From positions 1,922,001 to 1,986,000 of the forward strand of contig OY986950.1 of assembly GCA_963920595.1 (NCBI GenBank): a stretch of 64,000 nucleotides of DNA, read 5' to 3'. The stretch's first letter is position 1. Each line of letters begins with the position of its first letter. Shown here piece after piece: positions 1 through 39,054 of the stretch. The notes below the pieces were generated by a model. The model was given only the letters and a program-made list of their open reading frames with translations, was not told the DNA's origin and searched no databases. Made by a program: the position numbers and the translations under genes. The stretch comes from Eimeria praecox (taxonomy: Eukaryota).

Positions 1-19
1 TCCTGCTATAGCATTCTTG

Positions 20-66
<47 letters not shown>

Positions 67-585
67 TCTCATACTATTTATTTGTAACGAGTAGCAAATA
101 GTACTATATAGTCTCATTTATACTCGTATTATATATATACATCTATATATAATAAAATACATTTATATATTATTATATAGTAGTATTTCTAGTGTTGTCT
201 TGATGATGCTGCAGGCAGAAGACTCCGAACAGCAGAGGGGCTTCCGCAGCCACTTCATCGTCAGCTGAAGCAGAAGGAATAGAAGAATTAATTAATTTAA
301 TTAATTAATTAATTAATTAATTATATTTATTGTAAAAAATAAGATAAAAAAGTCGATATATGTTTCAGAAACAAAACAGCGTCTGCCTTCTTACAGACCC
401 GCTGACGGCTGACTGTGTGCGGTGTACGTACACCTCAGCTCAAATGCATGCATGCAACGCTAACAAATACAACAATTAAAAAGTTTTATACTTCTTTTTC
501 GTTGTAGTTCTTCCCCTGTTCGACTGCAGCCCGCACTACATGCTGCCTCTCCTACCTTTCAAAAGCAATTATAAGTGAACAGATG

Positions 586-642
<57 letters not shown>

Positions 643-776
643 AGAGGTGGGCTCATGAAGAGCAACAGCACAACGTGGCAGGAGCTGCAAAAATAAACAA
701 CAGGGTGTATATGCAGCGCTCCCAACACATCAGACAGACTACAAGCTGCTGCTGCATGCAGGGAAACTCGAAGGAG

Positions 777-1306
777 TGCATGCATATGCATGCATGCATG
801 CAAGTCATGCATGCATGCATGCATGCATGTAAGTCTGCCTTTCGTGGTGCTTCTCAGTTAGTTTGTCTTTGAATAGCAAGTTGTTGTTCTTATAAGCTGC
901 GGTGTATGCACACTACAAGTTTGTGTATACGTCTGCTTGCATGCATCTACAGTGTTAGTCTATATACAACAGACATTTAAGACGCATACATATATAATGC
1001 AAATACAATATACAAACAAACAAGAAAGACAAACAACCATGCATGCAGAGCGTACATAGCTAACTAGCATGCGCATGCATAGCATAACTAACAATACATG
1101 CATGCATGCATGCATGCATGCTTGCATGCATGTATGTATTCGTAGTAGTGTAGGGGTTGTTCGCTGGTTGGCAATGCCTCTCAGCACACAATACAGAATA
1201 CAGAAGCCCCACTTTACCTCAAAACCGCAGTGTACGTACAGCCCCGCCCCCATGCTGCATGCGCATGCATGCGCATGCATGCATGCATGCATGCGCTTGC
1301 ATGCAT
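777..1306. repeat. (TGCA)n / TGCATGCA palindromic octamer arrays
   Basis: Tandem runs at ~777-829, ~1040-1130 and ~1256-1306; a characteristic Eimeria short repeat. Confidence 0.9.
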
Positions 1307-1353
1307 TTCATATGCAATTGATGTACATTCTAGCGGAATGATGTATATCATTA

Positions 1354-1428
<75 letters not shown>

Positions 1429-1606
1429 ACACTTCTACGACACATAATGGATACAGATGCATGCAAATTAAAAGAGGCCGGCATTTCGCATGCAGCCCCA
1501 AACCTGTGTAAAGCTTCCCTCAAGCACAGCAGCATGCGGCTGTGCATACACCCCACACCTTAAACCCATTATATAAGATCCTTGCAATTTGCTCTACTCA
1601 CATATA

Positions 1607-1695
<89 letters not shown>

Positions 1696-1799
1696 ATAGG
1701 CATAATATACATATATAAATATGTATATAAACTATATTACATAGGGAGGGTCTACAATAAATACATATTATAGATATATTGTGTATACGGAGTGCTTAT

Positions 1800-1873
<74 letters not shown>

Positions 1874-2074
1874 GTTCTACGCATACTCCGTAGCTGCAAT
1901 TTGTGTACTACGTCTTCAGTGTTTTTGCTGCATGCACTAAACCATATCTATGGAACGTCGCTGTGTATAAGTATATATATAAGTTTATACTGCAGGTGTA
2001 TAGACGGTGTAGATGTGTATGTTTGTGTGTATCTGTGTGTGTGTGTGTGAAACAGATACCGATCTTATAATTAT

Positions 2075-2959
2075 TTAAAATGTTTTATCTTCTTCTTCGT
2101 CGTCTTGATAATTTTGCTGCGCTTCAGTTTCTAGCATCAGCAGTCGTTCTCTAGCAGCAGCAGCAGCAGCAGCAGCAGCAGATAATACAGGTGTTGTTTT
2201 CTGCTGCGTATACACTCCACCATCCAAAGAATCTGGTGTTCTGAATGCCTCTATTTGTACTCTTGTTGTTGCTCTTCTAACAGCAGCAATATCTTGCTGC
2301 AGCAATTCTAAAACCTCCTGCTCTAGCAGCAGCCGTTGCGCTGTATCTGCAGCTCTTCTAGCTTTCTTTAATTCGCCCTCTACTACTTCTGCTACACGAT
2401 TCATCAATGTTGTATCTACCTGTCTTCTCAGCTGTACAGACACCTGAGATAAACCTTCACCTTGCCTCAGCAGCTTCTCTAAAGATGAACGCAAACTCAG
2501 CATCACGGGGCTTTCTTCTTCTTCTTCTTCTTCATATTCCTCTTCCCCTTCTTCCTGCTGCTGCTGCTGCTCCTGCTGCCTTTGCTGTCTCTTCCTCGAT
2601 CGCATCAGAAGCCCGTTGCTATTAAGTGCTGCTGCTGTTCGCTGTACACCTGCAGCATATTCTTGTACTATAGAAGCAGCTTCAGCAGCAAATGAAGCAT
2701 AAGCACTTTGAATATGAGCAAATCCATCTCTATATATATGAGGAGCAGCAGACACAATAGCAGCAGCTAGCTGTTGATTCTGCTGCAGCTTAAGAAGCAT
2801 CTGCTGCTGTACGTCTTGTACTTGTTCTATTGATGTTGTTAAGTCTATAAGCCCTGTACCTGACCATGAAGAAGATAAGATTGCATCATGTGTGCGGAAG
2901 TATGCTTCAACAGAATTTATCCCTTTCATCAAATCTCCTATCATAGTTTCAACATTCGC

Positions 2960-2990
<31 letters not shown>

Positions 2991-4168
2991 TTGTTGTTGT
3001 TTCTGCTGCTGCTGTGGCTGCTCGAGCTGGTCCTGCTGCTGTTGCTGCTGTTGCTGCTGTTGCTGTTGCTGCTGCTGTCGCTAACACTGATACTGTTGCT
3101 GTTATCATCGCTGCTGTCTATATCGTTGCTGTCATTGCTGTTGCTGTCGGCACTGAGGTCTTCGCTTCTTCTGCTGCTGTCATAGTTGTTCTTATATAAA
3201 ACCGCAACAGCATCACTCAATTCAAAATATCTAACAAGTCTAAGTCTGCTTTCAACAGCCATTCTTAAGAAACAAGAATGTAAGAAATCCGTAATCTGAT
3301 TCTCAACGCGTACATACACCTCATGAGCTTGTGTTGCTGCAGCAACAGTACGTTTAAGTTGTGAGTATTCTGAATATATTAAACTCATTCCATCGCTGCA
3401 GGTTTCTAGAGTAAGCCTATCTGCTTCTGCTGCTGTAAGGGCTTTATGTGCTGCTGCTCCCAATTCTTTCAATCCTGCTGTTGTTGCTGCTAGCGACTGT
3501 AGCGACAGCAGCAGCGAATTTGCAACATCTTTACCTGCAGCATTTATTAATGCTTCTCTTACAGTTTCGGTAACAGGTATAGGTTGAGGTATATCTGTTA
3601 ACTTTTCAAAATATTGTTGACAGCTTACAAGAGCTAAATCTTTGATATTGTTTAATGTAGAAACAGCATCATTTATCGATACTCCAAATCGTTCAAGTAG
3701 ATTTTCTTTCTCCTCATCATTCGATACAGCGTTTAATTCCTTTCGTAGTTGTGTGGCATTTACTAAATATGACCCCAAATTCATCATTTCATTAACAGCT
3801 TCTTTTGAACGAAGAGATTCTGCTAATCGTGTTGCATCCGGTAATGCTGTCTTTAATTCTCGTACTTTAATTTGAACTTGCTCCAGCTCCTCCCTCGTCA
3901 AAGCCTGTCGAGATAGATACGCACTCCAACCCCTACCTTGTAAATGTAAAGTATGCAACCTCCATACAGATGATAACATTAAAATAAGAAATACACCCGC
4001 TGCAAGGAGCAATCGTTTCGTTTGTGGACCCGTCTTGCCTCGAGAATGCAAGTTTATTACTTCTGTTCGAGCATCCCAATTTGTCTGAGTTCGTGTAGTA
4101 CCTAAAATATCTCTTAGCTTTCCTGTGCGTCCTGTGACAGACACATCATCATGAGACGAAAAGTCCAT
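2075..4168 (-). CDS. Hypothetical protein (697 aa) with one N-proximal hydrophobic segment, a long helical body and Ser/Asn and Gln/Glu low-complexity tracts
   Basis: Uninterrupted ATG-to-TAA ORF of mostly non-repetitive sequence. LLLAAGVFLILMLSSVW (~aa 53-69) fits a signal anchor or TM helix. No family recognised. Confidence 0.75.
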
Positions 4169-5699
4169 CGTTGCATGTGGATATTGTGGATGGGAAGGTT
4201 GTTATTCAACAAACTCGTTCAGGTGTCTGTGCACCTGACGTCGTGCAGAAAACACTTCTTCCTACTGCTACCAAAATACAGATCCCGTGTCTAAATGCTG
4301 TCATTCCATTTGTAATGATGATTCAATCCAAAAAAAAGGAAAATAAACAACGCATGTGCAGTAAAGGCTCTCGAAACTCTCAGCAACGGCAAGAACACTA
4401 ACCGTGCTGGCGTCGCCCCGAAGGGGTCCGCTATAGATGTGTTCACAGCACTTTCAGTTGATTTTAAATGCGGCTGTTCCTCCTAAAATGAAAATAAAAA
4501 GCCCAAATGAATCATCAGCACTCCGAAATAAAGAAGGATTCGCAAGGACACCACGGCGAGCGAAAGGAAAGCTACGTCGAAAGCTTCCCTCAACCGCAGC
4601 AGCTCCAGCGAATTCACAATAAATTAAGCGCTTCAAAAAGAGTTAAAGATAATTTAAAACAGTAACAGTTATGAAAACTCGATACATTCCACAATTAAAC
4701 AACCTGAACCAGCTGACTGTCCTCACTGGAGCTGCTGCGCCTCGGCGGCTTTCCGATGATCTTCGTTCACGAGAAGCAGCTAGTATATATAATTCAATTT
4801 GAATACAATAATTGAGGTAAAATAGAGGAAAACAAAGTACTGAGTGACTTGATATCTAATTTAAAGTGCAGTCGCTACATAGGATTGTGGTAGATCGAAC
4901 CCATCCTAGGGGTGCGCGACGATTGAATCGACGCTACCATGACATTTCTTCCCTGTCTTACATGATATATATACAGGCGAAATTGTAATAGACTATATCA
5001 CCTACTTGTGCTCGTAGGCCTCTACAGAAGGGAGCTTCCCTGTATGTAACGAGTGTCCTGGACCATCTCAGCAAAGAACCGTTGTGAGTGGCAGTGGTTA
5101 TGTACCTGAGGAAAGGCCTCTCCCCAAAGCCAGGGGCCTCTAAGTATTTAGAACATAAAGTAACTGTAATGAGATCCATCATTCGTTGCTGAGGATCGTC
5201 GTAAACTGGAAAAGCGCGAAAAATATTGAATATTTGAAAGAGAAGCCAACTGGCTTCCCGTGTAGCCTCCAGGCTTCCTGGGGGTATCACCAAAAGGGAC
5301 CGCCTCTGATGAGGAAACGAAAATGTCTCTCATGAGTAACAACTCACCTTTCTGCAGCGAGTGCTGCAGGGCAACTTAACATGCAAGCACAGCCAAACCT
5401 CGCTTGCTGCATGCCCTAGCACTCGTAGACATTCTTAAACACTTACTTGTTCCTTAGTATGCATCCTCCACCAAAGTTAAAGCATGCACCAACTATGCAC
5501 ATGGTAAGCTGCATCTCCTTCCCCATTCTCCCCCAAAGCGGCACAGGACTTCGTGCTTGCGGTCGCTCCACAAGGGCTGAGAGAGCGGTTCTTGCAGAGC
5601 TTAATACTGCTTAAAAGCAACATCAGCTGCAACCTTTGAGCGATTGGTGGTGTCTGCATAGTGATTGATATTCCTGGGGAACTGTTTGGTTGCGAAGAC

Positions 5700-8300
5700 A
5701 AAGGGTTTAAATGCGATCTTCCCCTCAACACTGAAGCGATTGCTAAAGATCCCCGTCCACTGGGGAGTCTTTTCAACTGCCACCTTAATGGGGGTGAGCG
5801 AGGAGTGGGCAGCTGTTGCCACTCGCCACTTTACAAGGAATTGTAGGGGCAGCTGTCACCTCGTCGTGCTCCAGTGTTCAGGGAGGCTGATGCTTGCTCA
5901 TCATCTCCCACTCGCACGTCTACTCGTTGGCCTTAGCCTTCTTTGTCTTTGCTTTTCCCTTCTCCAGCTCATCTTTGCTTTCCGTTGCCCCCTAAGGTGC
6001 TCTGCACCTCCACGTCACTTGAGGGATATTTGAGCTTGGAGTGATTCGCATGCTGCATTTAGGTCTGCGGGCTTGTGAGTCTGTTTTGAATAATACCTTT
6101 CAGATGGTTTTTAGTTTATTTGCTGCTGTGCTAGTGCTTTCGTTGCTCGGAGGAGATGCATCTCAGTTGACCGATGCATCCTTGTTCACCTAAAGGACCT
6201 AGCCACTGCCTCTACTGTTATGGTAACGGCATGATGGCGTGATGCACCCTGATCATGCATTTTGAGCAAGCCCTCTCTAGATAGCGGAGATGCACCAAGA
6301 ACGATGGGGCGTCCATGCTCCATTTGGTACCACAAGGAATCGCCGAATACGCTGTAGTGCCTAATGCGTCCTCTGCTGCTGAGCATATGAAAAGTTGCTG
6401 CCGCGTGTGTTTCTGAGTTAGAAAAGGGAGTGTCTGACTGGCAGGGTGTAGAAATAGTGCGCCTACTACCATGCCGGTTATAAACGTGATGAACGTGATG
6501 CACTTCACCGCCAAAACGCGCTGTTTTAGTGGGCAAATACACCGAACAGATCAACTCACTATTGCAATCTTGAAAGCTCTCCATCATGTGTGTCAAGGAC
6601 TGGTTATCGGTGTGGACGCTGAAACGCTTGCCACGTGAGCACTGTAGACACATTTTAACCCCATACTACGCCACTCAGAGCTCGTTCCCATGTACTGGAT
6701 ACTTCTGCTCTCTTTCCGTGAAACGGTGTGCGTATCAATCGATTATCTGGTGCTTTGTGGAGTCGTTCGATTGATAAGAGGGCATCACCCAAATTTCTAT
6801 GTGGCTTGCAGCAGTAGTAAGAAGGAAACGTTTACCGAAATCAGGGAGTAAGAGCACCGCAAACGGTGTCAGGTATCGGATGAGGCTTCTGGCAGATCCT
6901 TCTTCAACAGCTAAGCAAAAATGTTATTTGCCCTTTCTGAGTAGGTCTTCCAGAGTGGCGGCGACACGAACGGCTTTACAAATGAAACAGCAAGGGTACA
7001 GTGCAAGACTGAGGAACTGCTGAACGCCCGTGCTAGTGTACAGGGGTGGCGCCGACGTCACAATCGCCACCGCCTTCGGTGGATGTGGTTCGACCCCTGC
7101 AGCAGATGCACCGAACCATAAGAAATGCTTTTGTCATGGAAACCCAGCGCATCTGTGCTTTCACCAAAACCTTCGTGGGAATCAGTTGCACTGCACGCCG
7201 CGGATGCTACATATGCTCCATCGCAATGCCGCTGAGCATAAGCACATGATTTATATTTATTACCATCCATTCCTCATTTATTAGACTCCTAAAGCCGTGG
7301 TTGTCCTGCCACTGCAGCTCAGCAGGTGCACTTGCTGGCCAAAGGGCATACACGCCTCCTCGAGTTTGCGGGCGCGGATAAGGGATCCATCCTTGCATCG
7401 GCCATTGGCATTCATTACGATCCCCAAACGCGCGTCGGCGAAGTCAAGGGAAGGGCAGTACTACCGAACCCTGCAAGCATTCATTTAAGTAATCTATAGG
7501 GGGCAACAGAAACTATTGAGGGGCGTATGCCTGACGCACGTGCACAGTTCTCCCCATGCACCTTTGCCTGCACCGCGTTATTTCCGAACGCGCTTTTTGG
7601 CGGGTGGCTTTTGTCTTACCTTAGCACTTAGTCTGCTTGCCACTCGCACTGAAGATGCGGGGAGGTCTGTACACCTGGCAAGGCTTGGGGATGCATAGGC
7701 AGTGAGATGGGCCAGATGCATTGGGCGTCCAGCGGGCGGCCAAAGCTGTAGAAGCCCCCGCTTATTGAGTACATCTAAGAATTCTGTTTTGAATTGTACC
7801 CACTCGTGTTGTACGCCTGATGTAAACTGAGTTGAGTACGCCAAAATGCGTGCCTCCATAGAACAATTACGCCATTTCTCTGTCCTTCAAAATAGCGCCC
7901 CTGCAGTACGTTTGAGTCTCCTTGCTCCATTCATTTTTGAGCATTGGTTCCAGCTGTCTTACCGCAGGGGATGCAAAGCCAGTTGAGATCGCTGGCATCT
8001 CTCTTTGATGCCCTCCGTATAAACCTCCCTGTTGCAGTCTGGAAGCCGCATGCAAACCCGTATCTGAGTCCCCTACGGCATGCCTAGATTTATATCGTGG
8101 TGAACTGGTCCAAAGCAGACGCCCCGAATCGTGGCAGTATGGCCAGCTTCTGAGTTGGGTCCGCACCTTACTATCATTCTCGCTTCCAGCCTTTATTGAC
8201 ACTATAGTGAACAGCTGGCCCAGCTGTTACTACGTATGTCTCCAAAGTAAGCTAAGTAGGTGTACAAACCACGAATAGAATCTATTATCTATACACAATC
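5700..8300 (-). mobile_element. Degenerate Ty3/gypsy (chromovirus-type) LTR retrotransposon pol remnant
   Basis: Manual minus-strand translation gives motifs in gypsy order. Protease end: DINLGMP* (~8080). RT: TCVRHTPLN, LLPPIDYL, SLDFADA, MPFG (7338-7349), NINH at the YxDD position (7246-7257), QFLSLALYPCCFI. RNase H: VLLLPDFGKRFLLTTAAS, EQKYPVHGNEL, FSVHTDNQSL. Integrase Zn-finger region: LLKMHDQGASRHHAVTITVEAVARSF. Chromodomain: QFLVKWR (5823-5843). Many stops and frameshifts; ends approximate. Confidence 0.85.
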
Positions 8301-9790
8301 CCCAATGTCTCGTTTAATCAATTAATAGCTTCCAAAACATAGCCGAATCCGGGTTATTGAAGGGAAAAACCCAGAATAATAGAACTTCCCGACTCCCCGC
8401 CGGAGTGTGTATGAGTTAGGGCGCCGAACTCTAACAAAAGTTCCATATTCTCCACCCTTCCATCGCTCTTCCACATATTTGGAGGGTCAGAAAATGAACA
8501 TGAATTGCTATTGTGATGAAGACATATTGCACAGGGAATGCTTAAAGCTTTTATCGCTCTGCTTCTTGTGAAGAGAGTGAATACACTCAGTGCTATAAGC
8601 CACGCAGCTCAGCTGCAGTTGGGGGGTTAGCTGTTTGGGGTTGCCCCAATGAATTACGCGGTGCTGGTAAGTGAAACGAGAGTCGTCAATCGTAGCTGGA
8701 GGCAATGTTATACAGCAATAGATTCAAAATACTTAACGTAAAGGTTCCGTCCAAAGGAGGTGGCATTCTCTGCAGGTTCCAGCAATCCTGTATGCAGCGG
8801 GCCAACGGCTTCGCTGAGGCTTGTGCAAGAGGAGGCGCCCTCATGGCTCGCAATACTATTGCGGCAACGCTTGCTATACGGCAGCCCCATACGCAAACAT
8901 ACCCACCTTTTGCTGTGTGAATCGACGGACAATTGTTAAAGATTTCCTTTTCCCTTACTAAGCAACTTGCACACCAGTAGATATGCATTCGCTAACTTCA
9001 GACAGAGCTTCCTACACTTGCAGAACGCCAAATGCACTAAAGAGCGACAGAAGGCTGTTGAAGACACCCACATGCCTGCTCGAGATTGTTCCGTTGTTCG
9101 TTGTTGAATCGAATGGGCAAAATCGCTTGCCTTCTTTTCAGATGATCAGACAGACGACGGTAAAAAATTTATTTATCTATGGTCTCCCGCAATGCCTCCA
9201 CGCTCCCCAAGCCAATACCGCTATGAGCAAAAAAACGCGAGGTGTATCACTAACACTCAAGCTCAATGTTTGGCCTTTATTGCTTAACGGGGTGGAGACT
9301 AAGTTGTATTGGACAGCAGCCGGGGGGCATTTCTATACAAAATGATTGCTCAGTACTCCATTAGAGATATCTAATTTATCCTACTGTTACCTTCCACGCC
9401 ACAAGAAAACAAAGGATGTAAATTACACAGCTTCAAGGCAGAGAACCTCCGCCGAAGCCAAAAACAAACAACTTTTTCTTTAAAGTCTGCTTGCAAACGA
9501 GTGCATGCGTTTGCGTGGGGTCCCCACAGCTTAAATTGGCTTGTTATTAAATCGGGCTCGCCGCGTTCACACGACAAGCTCTCCTCCAGATTGCGATGAA
9601 ATGCATGCGGTATAAACGGCACGCGAAAGGTATTTCGGGTTTATTTACTGGATTCATGTAGACAGCCGAATATTCCACTGACCACATCAGCATTCATCGA
9701 ACAGTTAAAACAAAATCAAAAAATCTAGACACATAAAAAGAAAAAAATGACATATTTACAGTCTTCTATATACTCCATTTGCAGATTACA

Positions 9791-33253
<23,463 letters not shown>

Positions 33254-34835
33254 TTGATTTAAAAGTTGCTGTGGCTTTCGCCGCAGCAAAAAAATACGAT
33301 GCCAAGGCCCCTACAGCCTGTGGCTGTGGCGGCTGGTGGGTGTGATTCAAGTGTATACAGAGCCTCTAATAGCTTAATTTGTTTCTTTCAGATGAAAGAT
33401 CTACTTAAATATCTTTCAAAAAACAGGCTCTTCGATGCGAGGGACAAGAAGGTGCCTACAAATAAGACAAACTACTGCTGCCTTCCACGAGGCTTCAGTG
33501 TACAGACAGTCCGCTGACGCTGCCGCCAAACTGAACGGAAGAAAGCAGGACAAAGGAGCCGTACACAAATGCGATACGAAGTTTCAACCTGAAATAAATT
33601 AAAATATTTCAACTTAAGATGAATAAAAAATGTTAAAAACACACATTTCCCTTCCAATAACGCCAAGAAACTCGCAAGCATTCAAGCCCCATGCTCCACC
33701 GTGCCACTGGCGGTCCGTGTGGTCGGTGTTGTTTGTTGGTTTGTCTGTAGACTATGACGTGATATCTTCCCATTTTCTTTTTTTTTATGGTTGAATTTGT
33801 TTTATTTCATGCATTATCAGCCATAACGTGGCAGAATCGCTCTTCATTCCGCCGCCTACCGTAGACGAAAGCCCACGGACCACGAGGCCAATCCGCCAGG
33901 CGGTCGCTGCTATGATCTGTGACGACAACATCTCAAAATTATTGAAAATAATTCAAAAAATGCATCTTTATGACTCCATTTATCAATTCCTTCCTGTTTT
34001 TATCAGTTAGCTTCCCCCTAAACGCCTTATCACCCAACTTGAATACTTTGCTCTACACGCTCGCTAAGGCGGATGGTCGCTACTACCTACACATGCTGTT
34101 TGCAAGATCTGCTATTACTATTTAGTGTTATACAATATTTTTTTTAAGAGATTCGGATTCGAAACTCACGTTTAGGTGTATCCGAACGTACTCGTTACAT
34201 TCAACTTGTCGTCAACAGCTTCATAATATTGCATATTGCACAAATATTAGTATAAGGCCTACAGCCAGTTAAGGCAGAATGAGCAGAGACTCTGTCTGAG
34301 TTTAATGTGAGCTAGGGGAGTGAAAGAGGTGAGAGAAAGGGTCTGTGTTTCTCTCTCAGTTGTTAAAACCCCCACTTGTATTAAAACCCGCACCACGAGT
34401 TTGGACAGTTTAGAACAAAAACATCGATATAGAATCCCTCAAAAACCCAAAAATGGCAAAGAAATCAAATATATCTACCTCAGCGTTTACTGAGATTGTT
34501 AATGATACGATAATGAAATTATGAACTTCCTCCTCGTTCCTCCTTGCTTCGAGGTTTTTCTTTATTAATTTATATTTATTGATTTATATTAAATTAAACA
34601 GAGAAAATATCCCCAAATATATGAATTTTGAGGACTTTTATTTCGAATGTTGCCTTAAAAATCTTACGTTTCAGGTGTACATACACCTCACAAGCTGCAT
34701 CCTTCCCCCTTCTTGAATTCAGACGGCTCCAACGGTGGGAATCATGATGGATTCTGAAACCGTTTGGCTTAAAAAGATTGAAATTATCAACTTTTAATCA
34801 AATAAAAGATTTTGTTTGAGTTAAATTACGAGAAA

Positions 34836-38021
<3,186 letters not shown>

Positions 38022-38311
38022 CATTCTTGGTTTTGATAAACTATTAAACCCGAGAAAATTATTCGGGTGTATGTACACCTGCAGCAGCAGCAGCAGGTGT
38101 ACGTACAGCTCCTGCTTATGTTGCAGATAGATTGCTTTCTTTCTTATTATCAAACTTTGCATGCGAAAGCTGATAAAGACTGTGAATATTTGAATATTTG
38201 TTTTAGTAAAACTTATTAATGATAGTTCTTAGAGGAAATAATAACAGAAAAACAAATAGAGGAACAGAAAAACAAGCAAAGCTAACTTGGCAGAACCGCT
38301 TCTGTAGAAAG

Positions 38312-38403
<92 letters not shown>

Positions 38404-38475
38404 CTCTAGAATGTATATAGATACTGTGTATATATTGTAAGTATATATGCATATATATTCCACATATATGCATAC

Positions 38476-38515
<40 letters not shown>

Positions 38516-39054
38516 ACGGGGGAGTTAGAAAGTCTATCTTTTGTGTTTGTGAGTTAGCCCAGCAAAACTACTTGTATAGAAGTACAAACTCGACTAAAAA
38601 TAACTAGAACGAAGCAGACAAATCAGCTTGTTTAATGTTTAAAACGTTTAATACCCTCAAGTAGATTATTTGAAAATAATTGAGATAAGCGGAAGCAGAG
38701 AAAAATAGAAAAGAGTAGTAAACTTGAATTGAACGAGCTTCTTACCTAATAATACAGAGGAGAGAGCAGAGAAGCATAGTAATTATTAGATCGTTATTGC
38801 ACACAATTCATTGATTTCACGCAAATAAAAACTAAAAAAAACAAAATAAGTTTATTTTAAATTAATTTTTTCTTTTTCTGTTTCCACATTACTACAGCAG
38901 ACCGCTGCATGCGCGCGTCGGCAGCCCCATGGTGTGCTTGAAGCAACAGGTTATGATGATATGAAAGTGTATATCTTTTTCTAGTTTTTGAGGGAATAAA
39001 TGAAGGAAAATCGAATGAAATAAGTCATTACTTCTTTAAAAATACAAAAAAAAT

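Noticed and set aside
552..2050. ORFs reading MHAC.../YIYIYI...
   Set aside because: They are translations of (TGCA)n and (TA)n microsatellites. Some splice-like sites at ~190-700 were seen, but no coherent gene could be built.
4950..9400. LTR pair, gag and polypurine tract for the retroelement
   Set aside because: A purine tract on the minus strand at ~5515-5534 is suggestive, but no matching direct repeats or gag motifs could be identified by eye.
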